Made by a program: the position numbers and the translations under genes. The notes below the pieces were generated by a model. That model ran no database searches, was not told where the DNA came from, and worked only from the letters and a program-made list of their open reading frames with translations. Positions 1-15,495 of a stretch of DNA of 64,000 nt are shown here, one piece after another. Within the stretch, counting starts at the first letter, position 1, and every line of letters starts with the position of its first letter. The stretch is from Neocallimastix sp. 'constans'. Taxonomy: Eukaryota. The DNA lies in contig JBODTK010000153.1 in the NCBI GenBank assembly GCA_050613775.1, forward strand, positions 124,001 to 188,000, written 5' to 3'.

Positions 1-3000
1 CCTTCTACTCCTATTGGCGTTATAAATGTTTGAATATTTGGTGTAAATCTAAATGGAACTGGTTCATTAGATCCAAATAAAAATGTATTTGGTGATAATG
101 CTTTATATATTAAATTAATAAAAATAAAATATAAAAAAAAAATTTAATATAGAATATCTAAATAATTTAAAATTAATTAAAATTACAAAATTTAATAAAT
201 TACATGGTAATAATTCTGTAGCCCAAATATTTCCAGTTTCAAATGAAATATTAATTTTATGAGGATACCTATGAGCAATACTCATTACATAAGACATAAA
301 TGAAACAGCAGCCATTTGATGTGTAAATTGTTTTCTTAATATAAATAAATCGATATATTGCTTCATTTTTGAAAGAACATACTATATGAATAATTACAAA
401 TATATAAATATATAAATTAGCAATGTTCACCATTTTTTCTTCTTTATTATATTAATTTATATTATTACTACAACAATTAGTAAATAATCAAATATATATA
501 AATAACTTCATACTTTCGTTAATACAGTATTTGGAACCATTGTTTCTTCAATTTGTTGAATAATCGCCATTTTTAAATTTATTACATCATTTTTCTATTA
601 AAAATATGAATAAATATTAATAAAAAAATGTAAAAAAATAAAAAAATTAAATAAATATTTATACATACATCTAGATGTATAATAATAATAAATATATTTA
701 TTATTTATTTACTTACAGTTGGTTTGATAGAATTCTTTTTATCTCGATCAATTATATTACGAATACTATTTACATATAAAATTGTTGGATCATCTTTATG
801 GAATCCTGATTTTTCACAATGATTTTCATAGATTTCCTGTAATGAAACATATGACAAATCATCTTGAACTAATCTAACCTGTGGTGCTAAAGGTATCATT
901 AATGGAAGATGGAATGCAATATTATATTTCCTACAATCTCTTTTACGTTCTATAATGCTATTCATTATTCTAAATAATTGTACAATTCTCTCTTCTCTTC
1001 TACATTGCCTAGCTGCTGGATGTTGAACAACAAACGAATGTGAACTACCATCATGACCTCTTAGAGATAATCTACGATAACATACTCCATGACCTCTTAC
1101 AACATCAACTAAGGATTCGAATTTATCAATTCTTATAAATTCATTAGTATTATCTTTATGTAATAAATACTGTCCTGGAATTTCAATATCCTCAAATTTT
1201 TTATGTTCAAATTCTACTAGATCATGACTGAAATATTCCAAATGTTGTTTAGAATTTCTTAAATCTAATTGATATTCCAATTTATCACGCCAATCTCTGA
1301 ACTTTTCAACTAACTCAGTTATTGAAGGTTTACTTTTAATAAAATCTTCTTCAAACGCTTCTTTATACTTTTCATGACCATTGGACATAGATTCATGAAA
1401 ACGTTTTAAATTCACTTCTGTACTATGAGGTAATGATCTTGTATCTCCATAATTTGATATTCTTCCAACAAGTTGCTGTACACCATCTGTAAGTAATGCA
1501 ACAATTAATCTATATATATCTTCATCTGGAGATGGTTTTAATTTTTGAATAATTTGATCAATCATTTTTTCAATTGATAATGTTAATAACGGGAATGAAG
1601 TTTTAACAGTTCCCATAATACCTTCAACATACTCCCATGGTTGCTTTTTGGAAGTATTGGATGATTGAGGTTGTGATTGGACAGATAATGATACCGATAC
1701 TGAATTACTTGCTTTACTTTGTGAATCGTCTGCATTTTTATGGAATTCCCTTCCATTATTTGATGCCATTGCTGCTTGTTTTTTAATTAATTTATAATCT
1801 TCTTTAGTTGTTCTTAATAAAAAATATAATGCCTGTGGATAAGTTTTAGCAATCTTTTGAATAATAATATTTGCACAAACAGCCTCTTTATTTGCTAAAC
1901 AAGTTAATAATTGAGGAATATAAATAATCCAATACCAATGAGCATAATCTCCCTTAAATTTACTAAATATTTCTGTTAATCTTCCTTTATTATCATCAAA
2001 ACTTAAAAGCCATAATATTCTTGCTATATATTTTCTTGATTTATGATTCTTATATAATCCTGCAGCTTGTAAATAGCAGCTTATAGCATATTCACCGTAA
2101 CTTATTTCATCAGGATGTTCCTTAAATAAATCATCATTATATATACCCCATTGAGCCCAAGCTTTAGGTGATGTAATTTCAATTTTTGTTGCAGTTGAAA
2201 AAGACTCATTAGCTTCTTCTTTCAAATTTAGCTTTGATAGAAATTGTCCTTTCAGTGTCCAAAATTCAGATGTTTGAGATTCCGTAAAGTACATTAAATT
2301 TGTATTATTAATAACATCTAAGCCAGTAGCATAATCATTTGAAGATTGGAAATAGCATTTAGCTTGTTCTCTTAATTTATAAAATGCTTCTTGAATTTCT
2401 ATATTTGGTAACGTATATATTTTACTTAATGAGTTTATACATATATCAGATAAACCATGCTTCCGTGCTATGTGTGCAAATCTATTAATAATCCAAGCGG
2501 TCTCATGATACCCACGATATGTATATGAATTTGCTGTATTGTTATTACTACTACTATTACTAGTATTAGTATTTTGATTTAATATTTGAATAATTGGTGC
2601 ATATGCTTTATTTATTGTTGAAAATATATGTTGTCTCCAAGCAACTAGATCACTCCACAAATTAATATCTTCCCAATAATTTGGCAATCTTTCCCTCCAA
2701 GTTTGTAAAATTCCTTTAAGTTCTTCAGATTTCTTTTCAATATTTTCAACTTTAGTATTATTTAAATTTATCTTTATTTGATTTGCTTCGTTCAATTCAA
2801 CAAATTGTTGAAACATATGCAATAAATTAATATGAGAATAAGATACAACTTCAGGAAGCATATGCCATTTTTTCAATGTTAGTTGAACACCTTCATCATA
2901 AACTTTCTTGAATTCTTCTATTTTATTATTATTTTCTTGTGATTGATTTAATAATAAGAAAGCCTCAAATATTTTTCTACGAGCAACCGGTATGTCAGAA

Positions 3001-6000
3001 TATACATCAATGGCTTTTTGTAAATATTCACTTTCTGAATCCCAATCAGAAACTCTCCATGCACATTCTAGTAGTAAATCCGTATTTCCCTCATGTTTTG
3101 CTAAATCTGTCAAAATATCCCACTGTTGTAATTTTTGTGCACATAATATCCAATGGTCTTCCCACAAGAAATATTCTGCTTCATTATATAAATGTGAACC
3201 CGAACGTGCTTTTTTCTGCGCAGCTTCATACATATACTGTGCTTCATTCCATTTTCCACATTGTTCATAAGATATAGCAATATTAGTTTCTGGAAATATA
3301 CATCTTCTTCGCCACAAGCCATAAAAGTAATCGTTTTCATTTAATTCTTCATATAAACTTGCCAATGCATCCATTGTACATTCCTTAATTTTTTCTTCAT
3401 CTTTAGTTGATGACATTACCCCATATTTTAATTCAGGAGTATTATTTTGCAATAATTCAATTGCAATATGCCAAGCATTAAATGTTCTACCTAAATACTT
3501 TATAAGTTGAGGAGGAAGTTGTATAGTTGGAACTGACCTACAAATACCTTCAAGTAATTTCTGAATTACATTTGGTCTAAAATCCGCTTGTTTTAAATGA
3601 TATTCCCTTGCTAATAATATAATTAATACTTTTATTATATCATGTCGTTCTTTTTTCTTTAAAAACGACCATGACATAACAAATGTATTTATCCATATTT
3701 GAGATGACATATCAATATCTAAATATATAAGTTGACGAATTGTATTTATTAAAATACTAACATCTAATTTTTGAAAATCTTTTAAAAATTTCTGATGATT
3801 TTCTATTACATTATTTGATTTAGTATTATCCACTTCCATAAAATCTTCACCCAATTGTAATTTATATATTGGCTCAACATGAGATATTGGAACAATACGA
3901 TATGAAGTACTTGTTTGATATAATGGTTTTGAACTAATATATGATCCTAATAAAATATCTAAAGCTTGATGCAACCAAAATGATGTTGATAAATATTCCC
4001 AATTTTGAACGCCTATTACATAATTCAATCTTGTAAATAAGCTTCTTCCAATACTTTTATCAAAAATTTGCGAAAATTGTTTTCTAATTTCAGGATTTTC
4101 ATTTCTTGTACCTAATAAAAATGCTTGTTCCAATCTTATTGTTAATTCCGACCTTGCAAATGTTGGGTCAGAATATATTTTTGATACTAATAATAAGTAA
4201 TCTTCTAATAATTTTTTATCCCTACGTTCAAAAATCATCATTTTTATCATTATATTTGCCTTTTCTTTCATTGTTGGGAATGATTCTGTTTTCTTCAATA
4301 TCCAATCTGATACGATATTTAAGATATTTTGTAAAAGAGTAATATCTTTTGATTTTTCTATAAGTTGAATAATTGCTATTAATACTTGTCTACGATTATC
4401 ACCCATATTTGAAATTCTTAATTTTAATAAATTCAAAAGCATAGTTATTAATGTTACCATTGACTGATTATTATTATTTGTAATAGAACTACTTGTTGAC
4501 TGTGTACTTAACTCATTTAAACTATTTTGGTTGATATTATTAACTTGTAAATTTATATGTTCTTTTACTAATTTTTGTAACAATTTTATTAATAATGGAA
4601 TCAAATTATCTAATTTTTCAGGTTGTTCATGGTAAGTTGCTTCAATTAAAGTAATAACTGAAAATATATTTGTCATGCCATTTAATCCTACCATAACAAT
4701 ATGCTCTATTTCTTTCATTAATGGATCAATATCATTAACAAGTTTTTTACCTTCTTTATTTAATAAATATATTTTTTTAAAAATACTAATTAGCAGACAA
4801 CCAACCGATTTCATAATTATAGTATTTTCACATTTAACATAAGAAATTAAATATTTTGCTAAAGCTGACAAATTTTCAGCAAACCATATATTAGATTTTT
4901 TATCAATAACAATTTTTAATACATCTAAAATTGTTTTAATAGCATTTACTTGATTTTCATTTGGTTCAATTCTAATAAATTTTTCGATTTGGGATATTTT
5001 TATATTAACTTTTGGGAATAAATTTAATAAATCTTTTATTAATATAACTATTCTTGGAGCCAATAAGTTTTTATTATCATTCATTGGGTTTAATATTGCT
5101 AATAATTTTATTAAATAAGTTACCATCATTTCCTGTGAATTTGGATCAATAATTGACATAGGTTTCTTCTCATTATTTAATTGATCTTTATTTTGAATTA
5201 TATTATTATTAATATTATTTAATATTGTATTATTTGTATCTCCTTGATTTTCTGTATTACCATCTTTTAAATCTTGACTATTTTCTTCAATATATTTCTT
5301 TTCCCAATTTATGATCAATTCCACCAATTCAACTGTTAATTGACGTGTTTCATACGCAGTATTTGGAGTTAGACCTAATTTTGTTAATGACATAATTATC
5401 TGAGGAATAAAATGCTTCCTACTACTATAAAAAAGCTCTGAATGATGAATTAAAAGTTGATATATTATCACTAATTGTGCAATATTTTGACTATCTTCTA
5501 TTATAATTTTTCTTATCCATCTAACCCAAGTTGGAAATTTTGGATCATTTTGCTGACCAGGCAAACTAGTTATTCTTTTAGGTAATACTAAAATTAAAAT
5601 ATTTAAAGCCTGTTTTACTAAAATTCTTCCTTCTGGTTGATGAGCTCTTAGTAATGCAGCAAATATCTGAAAAACAATTTTTCCTGGAGTTTCAAATGCT
5701 TCAATAAATCTTGCTAATGCAACATATGCTGTTTGTTTACATGTTATATCATCAACTTTAATTAAATTCCATTCTAATTTAATAATATCTTTTCGATAAT
5801 TACAAATTGTTTGTGGAACATATTGAACAAGTAACGTTGTGAATTGAAGTAATTCAATTTTTAATGAATCATCTAATTTCATAACGGATTGCTCCAATAA
5901 AAACGGATCCCATAATTTCAAATGAATTTTTTCTATTATTTCATCATCTATTATATTTGAATTTTCAAGCTGAGTAAAGGATATATATAGCATTGGGTTT

Positions 6001-9000
6001 ATTAAATATTTAAATATCTGTATTTTTAAAATTTGAGGAGTAACTGTATCATCAAACAAATCTAAAAATTTATTTAATATTAATTTCTTTTGTTGATTAG
6101 TATATTTTAATGCTACATCTTCCCATAAAAATTGTTTTAACAAATCATAATCTACTATACTTGAAAAACAAAATGCACGTATCATTGAAAAAATAATTTT
6201 TACATAATAATCTGAATTATCTGAACTTTTATTTATACAATAATTAATCAAAATTTCCAAAATATAAATATTTTCCTGTAAATTATTATAAGATAAATCT
6301 TCTTCTTTTGTTATATTTAGAGTAATATATGGTGATTCCCATACTTTCAAAACTTCTTCAATTATAGTATTATTTTGAATTAGCCAATCTGGATGATTTT
6401 TACATAATATATTAACAATCAATATCCCTTGATAATGTAAATCTTCTGAATTACTTTGATCTTTAACATCAAATGTCTTTTTAATTAAATCACTAGTATT
6501 ATTAATAATTTCCAGCCTTAACACTGATGCATATTCCGATTTTAAAATATCTATAAATAATCTACTAATGCTTGGATTACTTAGATTATTATAAAAGTAT
6601 TCAATCGACTTTGAAACATATTTATTTAAATATTTTAGCAAAGGTTTTCTAAATGGGCTAGATATTTTTCTCTTAAGTTTACTTTCAATATCAATAACAA
6701 ATGTGATAATATCTTCCAATAATATAAAAGCATTAGGAGGTAATTGGTAAAAAACATCAAGAATATGAACAATGATTTTAATTGATTCTACCTCTGAAAG
6801 TGGTTCATTTATATCATTTTCTTTAATAGCAATTTCTTCCCATGATTTCATATGTTCTATTAACTTCCGACCAATTTCAATTTTAAAATAATTATTTAAT
6901 AATTCTAATAATCTTTCTAGTCCTTCCAATCCTTGAACTGTTAAACTTTTATAATCTCCTAATTTTGCTAAAATTGGTTGCAATCCTACTTGTAATAATT
7001 CTTTTGGTAATTTATTTTGTATTTGTAATACTTGTTTTAATCCTTTATTTGCAACTTCCACAACTTCTTTTGAATTTGAATATAATGATTTGAAAAAAAC
7101 AGATATAATTCTTTTTTTATTTGAAATATTACTTGGTTTATTTAATGCTGAATCTTCACAATTCAATGCAGTTGATAATAATTTAATACAGGTTACTCTT
7201 AATTTAACTAATGACGATGCATTTCTATGTATACCCTTACCAATTAAGGACTGATCTTCAGCATCAGCCAACGCTTGTGCTTCAGTTATTAATCTAGTTA
7301 AATCTTCATTAAATTGCAATAAAGGTGGTCTCAATGATAAACAATACGTAACAGCATCTATATGACCAATTTGCATTGAAAATGGTAAAGTTCTTAAAGG
7401 TTTTGCAAAAATTGGTTTCAATAAATTATCTTTAACTTGGGATAATAAATCTGTTACTTCGTTGCCAGTTAAATCAGCTAATAATTGTAAAGATGACTGA
7501 ACAGTCTTTCTCACTTCACTATTTGAATTTGTTAACTCAGACACTAATAATAAAATTAAATTTTTAAATTCCGATTGACGATCTTGTCCATCATCATTAT
7601 CTCTATTACAAACTTTTAATACATGTGATAATGTCTTTGTTGCTTCATCAATATTATTTGATGACATTTCTGGAGATGTATCTTTTAATACATATAATAA
7701 TGATTTTACGAATTCTAATTCATGATCTAACATCCATTTAGTTCCTAAATCTATTTCTGAGCATAATAATGATATTCCAAAACAACCTATTATTTAAAAA
7801 TTAATTTAAAAAAGAAAAATTAATATATATATGAATTTTTTATATTTAATTTTCTGAACACTAACCTCCATTTTTATAATACCATTCCTGCTTAAAACAA
7901 TATAAACAAAATCTCATTGATAACTTATGGAAAACTGGTAAACGAATTAATATTTCTTTATTGTCCCCTAGCAATGTTTTACATGTCTCATAAAATAATA
8001 TAACAGCTTTCTGACCTACCACTCTCTTTTCCTTTTCTTCAGATGCTATAACATCAACAATAGCATCAACAAATGCATCAATTTGTGTTGAAAAAGGACT
8101 AAATTTTACATCTAACGATGAAATCTTTGTATATTGAATATTAAATTTTGATCTTGCTAACATTATTTCTTCTATATGTAAAATTGCGAAATGAATACAC
8201 ATGTTCTTACATAATTCAGTAACTTCTTTATCCTCGAAACCTTTTTGTGATGCTAATGAATATAAACAATATAATACTTTCTTAACAGCAATATAAGATG
8301 GCTCAATTTGAACCTTTGTTTTTTCCCTAATTCTATCTACTAATAATTCATAATCTTCCTCTTCCATTATTTGAATATCAGTAAAATTACCATTTGAATG
8401 AACATATTTATTTAATAATGAAGATAATTCTGAACTTCCCGTCTCTATATTAAACAATAATGGGATGCACGATTTTATAAATTGATACATTTGTTCTTTA
8501 TAAAATAATGTATTATGTGTTAAATTTTTATCAATTAATCTTTCAACAACTAATAAACATGGTTCTAAATCAAACATATGTATCATATTTTCTGAATTTG
8601 AAGTTAATCCAATATTTATTAATGCATTATCACGTTTATAATAATTGAGTTCTGATGGAACGCGTAACATTCTTCGATTTCTTCCACCCAATTTACCTAA
8701 AATTCTAAGTGTCGTATGACTATGAATTGCATTATATGGATGTGGTCTTAAATGTTTCCATAATGCATCCATTAAATCGTTTATTACAGGATTCATTATA
8801 GGATCAAGAAATTCTTGTGTTAGATTATCAATGCATAATTCCAATGTTCTTAATCCTTGACTTACTAATTCTGGACCTGCTTTTAATGCAATAACTAAAG
8901 GCTTCATTAAATAAGATAAATACGGAATAAGAACACTTAATCTCACAGGGACTGTCAAACATAATTCAACAAATAATTCTTTCATGTGTTGTTTATGGGT

Positions 9001-12000
9001 ATTAGCCAATAAATTATTCAAACTTTCTAAAAGAATACAAAGTATTGGAAAAACTTCTTCGTACAGTTGATCAAATTTTCCACCACCTATACTTCTAAAC
9101 AAGGAACGTAAAAGAGTAAAATAATTCAATGGATTGTGCGCTTTGGATGAAAATTCTAAGGATTTCATTATAAGGGTTTGTAAGTGCGGTTTTAATATTT
9201 TTTCATTTGTTGTAGGAAATAATGATATTGACATAAATAAAAATTTAAATAATCTAATTAAAACAAAACAATTTAATTCTTTATCTTCTTTTAATTCTTC
9301 TAATTTTTCCATCAAAAAATTCAATAATATACTTGCAAAATTTGAAGATATAGTTTGCTTTGCTAAGAACGCTTGCGATATTATAACTAAATTTGGATCA
9401 ATAAGTATTTGCTCATAAAAGAATGATATTTGTGAAGACAATACTTCCTGAAATATATATGGTTCAATTGTAATAAATAATGCAGAAAAACAATCAAGCA
9501 TTTCCTTTCCATCTTTTGGTAAATTTGGTTGAATAAATGCCGCTTGCTTTTGATTATCATTACCTTTTTTTATTTGACCTTCTTCATTAAAGTTATTTAA
9601 ATTATACATATTGAAGCATTTTAAGCCTTCTCTAAAAATACGTATTAGTATCTCTATTTCATCTTCGTTAAATTCAGATCTACTAATTTGACGTTTTTCA
9701 GTCTCACTTGATTCAGTTTTTACAACTGATAAAGAACAATTTTTAATTTCAACCACTGCTATCTTACATCCATTCATTAAATATTTCAATAAAAACCTTA
9801 TTTCTATAATTGTTTTTATATAAATAATAGTAATCAAATTTATATTAATATTCATACAATTTTATAAAACAAAATGTATAACTTATTTTTATTATAAATA
9901 ATATATCATATAATTAATTACAAGTACCTTTTATTAGATCTTGTGATGATTCAAAAGGTCCTATACAAGATCTTATTGGATGTGCATATTCTAAGTCCAA
10001 ATATCCTTTTGGAGGATTAACATCTGCGAAATTCTCAGATTTTTGTAATGATTGTTCTTTTTGAGTGTTATAATGTTTTATTATAATAGGAAATGCAGTA
10101 TTAATACTTAATATTTTTTTAGAAAATGTATCCAAAAGCTTTAAAAGTAACTTTCTTGCTATTATTTATTGAAAAATTAAAATTAAATTAATAATTTTTT
10201 CACATTCTATTTAAACCTAATAAAAAATATACCTTCTGCTTTATCCTTCAACTTTACAATTTCCTCTATCAAATTTACCAATAATTTCACACACATTGTT
10301 TGGATATTTGGAGATATTCTTTGATCATGAAGATTTCTTGAATATATATATATTGTTTTTGATAATTGTTCTTTCGATAATTCTGATCTTACATTATGTA
10401 ATAAATCTGCTAAAATACTATAAGCCAGAGACCTTTTTATTTGTAAAAAATTTATACAATGTTAAATTATGTCATATTATTTTACAATATATTGTATTAT
10501 TTACAATATTTAATCTCGTTTTCCTAAATTATATACCTTAATGTTTCTTTTGATGTTATTCCTGTACCAATAAAGATATCTTCATTTAAAAGACTATCTA
10601 TATTTTTTATAAAAGCAAATTTATATTTTGTATACCAAATATGTCTAGTTGCAACAAGTAATTCCTAAAAATTTAAGTATATTATTTTATTACTTAATAA
10701 TTTAAACATTATTAATGATTAAATATTAAAATATTTTCTTAAAATAACTTTATACTTTTCTAATTCCTGATGCATCCGGTGGGCAATCTTTCATTAGCTG
10801 AATTACTGATGTAGCTATTCGATCCTGATATGGTTCAGCTGCAGAAAGAAATCCTCTCATCATATAAGCTACAAATGATAATGTCTTTTATAATTAATTT
10901 ATTTAAATATAATTAATAAAAAAAATCAACAAAATTAAATTTTAATTATAAATACCTTAACTTGCAATGCTTTTAAATCAAGATATGCCATTCTATTTTT
11001 AATTTTTGAACTAACACCAATAAATATTTCACCTTTTTTTTTTGCATTTTCATGTTCTTGCTTTTGTGCTTCTGGTTGTAATTCTAAACACTATTAAAAT
11101 ATTTAAAAATTAATAAATTAAACTTAATATATTTATATTCATTACATTATATTTACCTCTATAACTAATGGCATAAACGAATCTACATTGTTTTTAAAAA
11201 TTTTCTTATGTAATTGAAACAAAAGAACAATAATAATAGGACATTCTTTCAAGATCTTAAAACTATACATACTTTTTGCTAATTCATTATTTGTATTTGT
11301 TGGTATTTCATTTTCTGATGCAGTTGTCTATTAAAATTTCGAATATTAATAAAAAGCATTTTAATCATCATTATTATCAAAGTCTATTGAAATGTAAAAT
11401 ACTTACTGATTGCTGATTATCTCCAAATGTATTTTTAACTGTCTCTTTAATATTTCCATACATCTCTTTAACTATTTCAAAAAAACTTTCAACATATTTT
11501 TCTAAATTATTTTTATAATTTTTATGAAGATCAACTATAATCTTTACACAAATTGTTCCATTTTCCTCATTATCATTTTTTAATAGATCTAACAAAATTT
11601 CCATTAATTTCGGAACATATTCTTGCAATGCTTCTGTATGTGGTATTCTTTGTACAATTTCCAAAACAGCATTTCTTAATTTCTTGATAAAATTAATAAA
11701 AAATAAAAACGATTAAATTAACAAATGTGTTATCATCATCATTATTATTATTTAATAAATATAATTATAATTTATAAACATATATTATTATATTATTATG
11801 TATATTAACTTGATGAGGATGTATACTAGTAAAAGATGGTTGCGTTTGAGTTAAAATTGAAAAAAAAATTGGAAAAAATAAATTTAAAAAACGCGTATAC
11901 TCCACTGCTTGTATTGTTTCTATTGAATCTTTAATTTCATTTAATATTGTAATTTTTACTTTTATATCTTTTTATATTTTTTTTATTCATTTTATTTTAA

Positions 12001-12166
12001 TTTAATTATTTATAAATATTTAAAACAAAATAAATATATAAGTATAATTTTTTCTTTACTTAACTTATTATTTTTAATTATACTAATTTTTACCTATATT
12101 TTGATCATTTAATCTTGTAGCAATGGTTGCAAGATCCATTTTCTTACTAAAATTTTGATAATCCAT
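1..12166 (-). CDS. TRA1: Tra1/TRRAP PIKK-family pseudokinase scaffold of SAGA/NuA4, multi-exon, 3'-partial (runs off the window start)
   Basis: ATG at 12166 (MDYQNFSKKMDLATIATRL). GT-AG exons include 12166-12094, 11967-11810, several small exons to ~9920, ~9800-7866, one 7.07-kb exon 7786-717, then 594-514, 381-204 and 100-<1. Tra1 motifs: ELCLTVPVRLS, LVSQGLRTLELCIDNL, RILGKLGGRNRR, FAT region YRGYHETAWIINRFAHIARKH, kinase-like region RREERIVQLFR and EPVPFRFTPNIQ. The kinase DRH motif reads HRY, as expected for Tra1. Confidence 0.97.
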
Positions 12167-12641
12167 CTTAATATTTTATTTGTTTCATCATAAATTTTAA
12201 TAATATATATAATAAAAAAAAAAAAAAAAAAAAAAGCTAATATTAATATAATTTAATTCAATAATCAAAAATTTAAAATTTAAAATTTTAAAATGTTAAA
12301 TTGTATATAATTATTAATGATTACCTTTAATTTTACTTTTTTTTTTTTTTTTTTTTATTATTATAATAAAATTATAATTATTTATTAATATTGAAACTTA
12401 GGGAACTTTGAGTTAAAATTGTTAACTTTTATAATCTTTTAATAATAATTTTTAATATAATTAAAATTTTATATTTATTAAAAGAGTAACCATTTTTAAT
12501 AGTTAAAAATAATAAAATAGTAGTACATAATTATATATTACAAAAAGAATTAAGATTAAATATAATTAAATAAAATAAAGGTTATAATTATATTTTTTAT
12601 GTTTTTATTTTTATTTTTATTTAGATAATTGTACTCTTTCT

Positions 12642-12893
12642 ATAATTTAATTACAAATCTTTAATTATTTTTAAAAAATAATTTAATTACAAATCTTTAA
12701 TTATTTTTAAAAAATAATTTAATTAAAAATCTTTAATTATTTTTAAAAAATAATTTAATTACAAATCTTTAATTATTTTTAAAAAATAATTTAATTACAA
12801 TTCTTTAATTATTTTTAAAAAATAATTTAATTACAATTCTTCTATTATTTTTAAAAAATAATTTAATTACAAATCTTTAATTATTTTTAAAAA
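12642..12893. repeat. Tandem minisatellite, 7 copies of a 36-bp unit ATAATTTAATTACAAATCTTTAATTATTTTTAAAAA
   Basis: Units start at about 12642, 12678, 12714, 12750, 12786, 12822 and 12858. They are head-to-tail with few substitutions and no spacers. Confidence 0.92.
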
Positions 12894-13329
12894 ACTATTA
12901 ATTACTTTGTAAAATTTTTTTACTACTACATATATTATACTTTTCACATTAATTTATAAAATTTATAGTTTCTTTTTTAATTTTAATACAACTTAAAATT
13001 TATATATTTCTATAAAATTTTAATTTTAAATAAATAAATGGAAACTTTGATTGACTGATTATATTTATTTAAATTATTAAAAAAAAATATATATATATAT
13101 TTAATAAATGCTATTTTTCTTTATTTTAGATATTCATTAATATAAAATAGTAAATTATTTTCATATCATAACTTATATATCATTAATATTGTTTAGGCAT
13201 TATTCAAATCATTTTTTTGTAGCATAATAATATGATAATAATAAAATATTAATAATTTTATATATTTTAATTTATAATTACTATATATTCACTTTTTTTT
13301 TTTTTTTTATTTTTTTTTTTTTAAAAACT

Positions 13330-14115
13330 TTTTAATCTCCTGGTTTACCATATTAAAGTATACCATATTTCAATTAATAAACTAAATATATCAGTATTAT
13401 TCATATATTAATAAATTAATAATAAGTTATCATTGACTTCAATATAACATAATTCTATAATATTCCGTTTTTTCAAGAGGAATCCACCTATTAATAAAAA
13501 AAAAAAATGTTTTTATCCATTAGATAGATTCAATTTATTAAAGTCAATATTTTTCAAAATATTATAACAATAAATAATATTTAAATGCAGTATTCAAATA
13601 AATAATTTTATATAATTTATATTAAAGCATTTAGTGATAACTTATTTCGATATATTAGTTATATAAGTCATATATCTTATTATTGATGTATTATTATTTT
13701 TTCCACTTTATTATATAAAATAATACAATATAATATTAATTATATTTATTTCAATTAATAGTATTTTTTATCTTCACCTTTTTTTATAACTTGATAGTAA
13801 ATCTTTATGATTTGCTTTTTCTTTCCATAAATATAATAATATTTTAGATTTTTTCTATAAATCTCTTAATAGTATATCCACATTAGATTCATCATTTTTT
13901 TATTTCCAATAATATATTTAAAGCTTCTTATTTCATTTTTCTATTAAATCTTTTTTTTTATATCATGTATATCCATATGTAATTTTTCTTATATAACAAT
14001 CATTACAATCAAAGATTTTTCATAAACAAACATTTATATATCTTATTTCCATTATATATACTCTCAAACTATTTAATTGAATGACTTTAAATCAAAAAAC
14101 ATTATTTCTTCCATA
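13330..14115 (-). pseudogene. Possible heavily decayed coding remnant, product uncertain
   Basis: The minus strand reads MEEIMFFDLKSFN* from ~14113, followed by codon-like patches (ALNILLEIK, DESNVDILLRDL) broken by many stops and frameshifts. No family could be assigned. Confidence 0.25.
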
Positions 14116-15495
14116 TTTTACTTATTAAATTAATATTTCATTATATTATAATTATTATAATATTACAATATAATAAATAACATTTATTATTTATATTGTT
14201 AATTTCTTTTTAAATATATTCTGGTATAACTTTTCGCATTGTTTTTTAAGAAGTAATTAAATAATTTTAATATACATTAATTTATTCCTTATTAAATTTT
14301 TATATTCATATCATCAGCTTGATTTTTTTATATGAACTTTATCAAATGAATCTCAATATTTAAATGATATATATATAGTAATAATATATTTTAAAAAAAA
14401 AAAAAACTCACATATATCTTAATTTATTATCTATTATTATATTCACTATATATTTATAATTAAAAATGATAAAGTGAAGTTAATAATTATTTATTTTATT
14501 CGGAGTTATAATAGAATATCTAGTATTTTTAATTAAAATTTTATACTGATTGGGTTATTGAATAAAAATTTATATTTAATAAATAAATACATTTTTTTCG
14601 AAATTTTTTAATTTTATATTAGATTAGAATCAATAAAAGAATTTAAATATTAATAAAAATAAATAAAGATTAGTAGTAATTTTTGATTTGAATTTAAAAT
14701 TTTCTATATCTTTAAAATTTTATATTCAATAAACATAAATTAGTTTTAATAATTTTTATAATTATAATGAAAAATAAAAAATAAATAATAATTAATTTTT
14801 AAATTATTGCTTTTTAAAAGTATATAAAATTAGAGCAATTATTAAATCAGTAAAAATGAAATATTTATATTGTTTATATTATAATATAAAAACAAACATA
14901 TTATTATTGCACATAACATCTTTTAACAAATGATATATAAATGAATGAACAAAAAAATAAATAAATAGATAAATAGATAAATAAATTATAATAAATAATT
15001 ATATAATAAACATACAAAAAAAAAAAAAAAAAAAAAAATAAATAAATAGGTAAATAAAAAACTTTATTTATAATAATAATGAATTATATATTAACACTTT
15101 TTTTTCATTTAATCATTTGTTAAAAATCAATATTAAGATACATTATTAATACATTTATTTCTTATATTCTAACATTATTATTCCATAAAATAAGATTTTT
15201 AAAGTTCGAAAATAAATAAATCAAAGTACTTATAATATTTACTATATAAATATTTATAGCAATTCCGATAATTTGAATTAATAAAAAAATAATTATAGTT
15301 AAAATTTAAATATAATATATTTATTTATTTCTAAATAAAATATTTTTAAAAAAAATAGTTCTCTTCATATTTTTCATTTATATAAACAAAATAGGAAATT
15401 TTCTGTTAAGTTATGTTTTAAAATAATATATATATATATTAATAAACAAATAAAAGTAAAGTTGTTTTTTTTTTTTTTTTTAAAAAAAAGGAAGT

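Noticed and set aside
204..381. Loss of kinase catalytic residues in TRA1 as a novelty
   Set aside because: Tra1/TRRAP is an established pseudokinase, so this is expected.
2939..9418. Short ORFs inside TRA1 (2939-3277, 2992-3270, 3110-3340, 4106-4342, 9134-9418)
   Set aside because: Antisense or alternate-frame shadows of a long conserved coding exon, with no recognisable motifs.
12642..12893. CRISPR array (36-bp repeats with internal palindrome)
   Set aside because: Units are directly head-to-tail with no unique spacers, there are no cas genes and the context is eukaryotic. It is a minisatellite.
15380..15450. Forkhead/FOXJ1-like TAAACAAA motifs upstream of flagellar genes (also ~32721 and ~46012)
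   Set aside because: Expected often by chance in DNA this AT-rich. No RFX X-box was seen, and enrichment cannot be shown without a background model.
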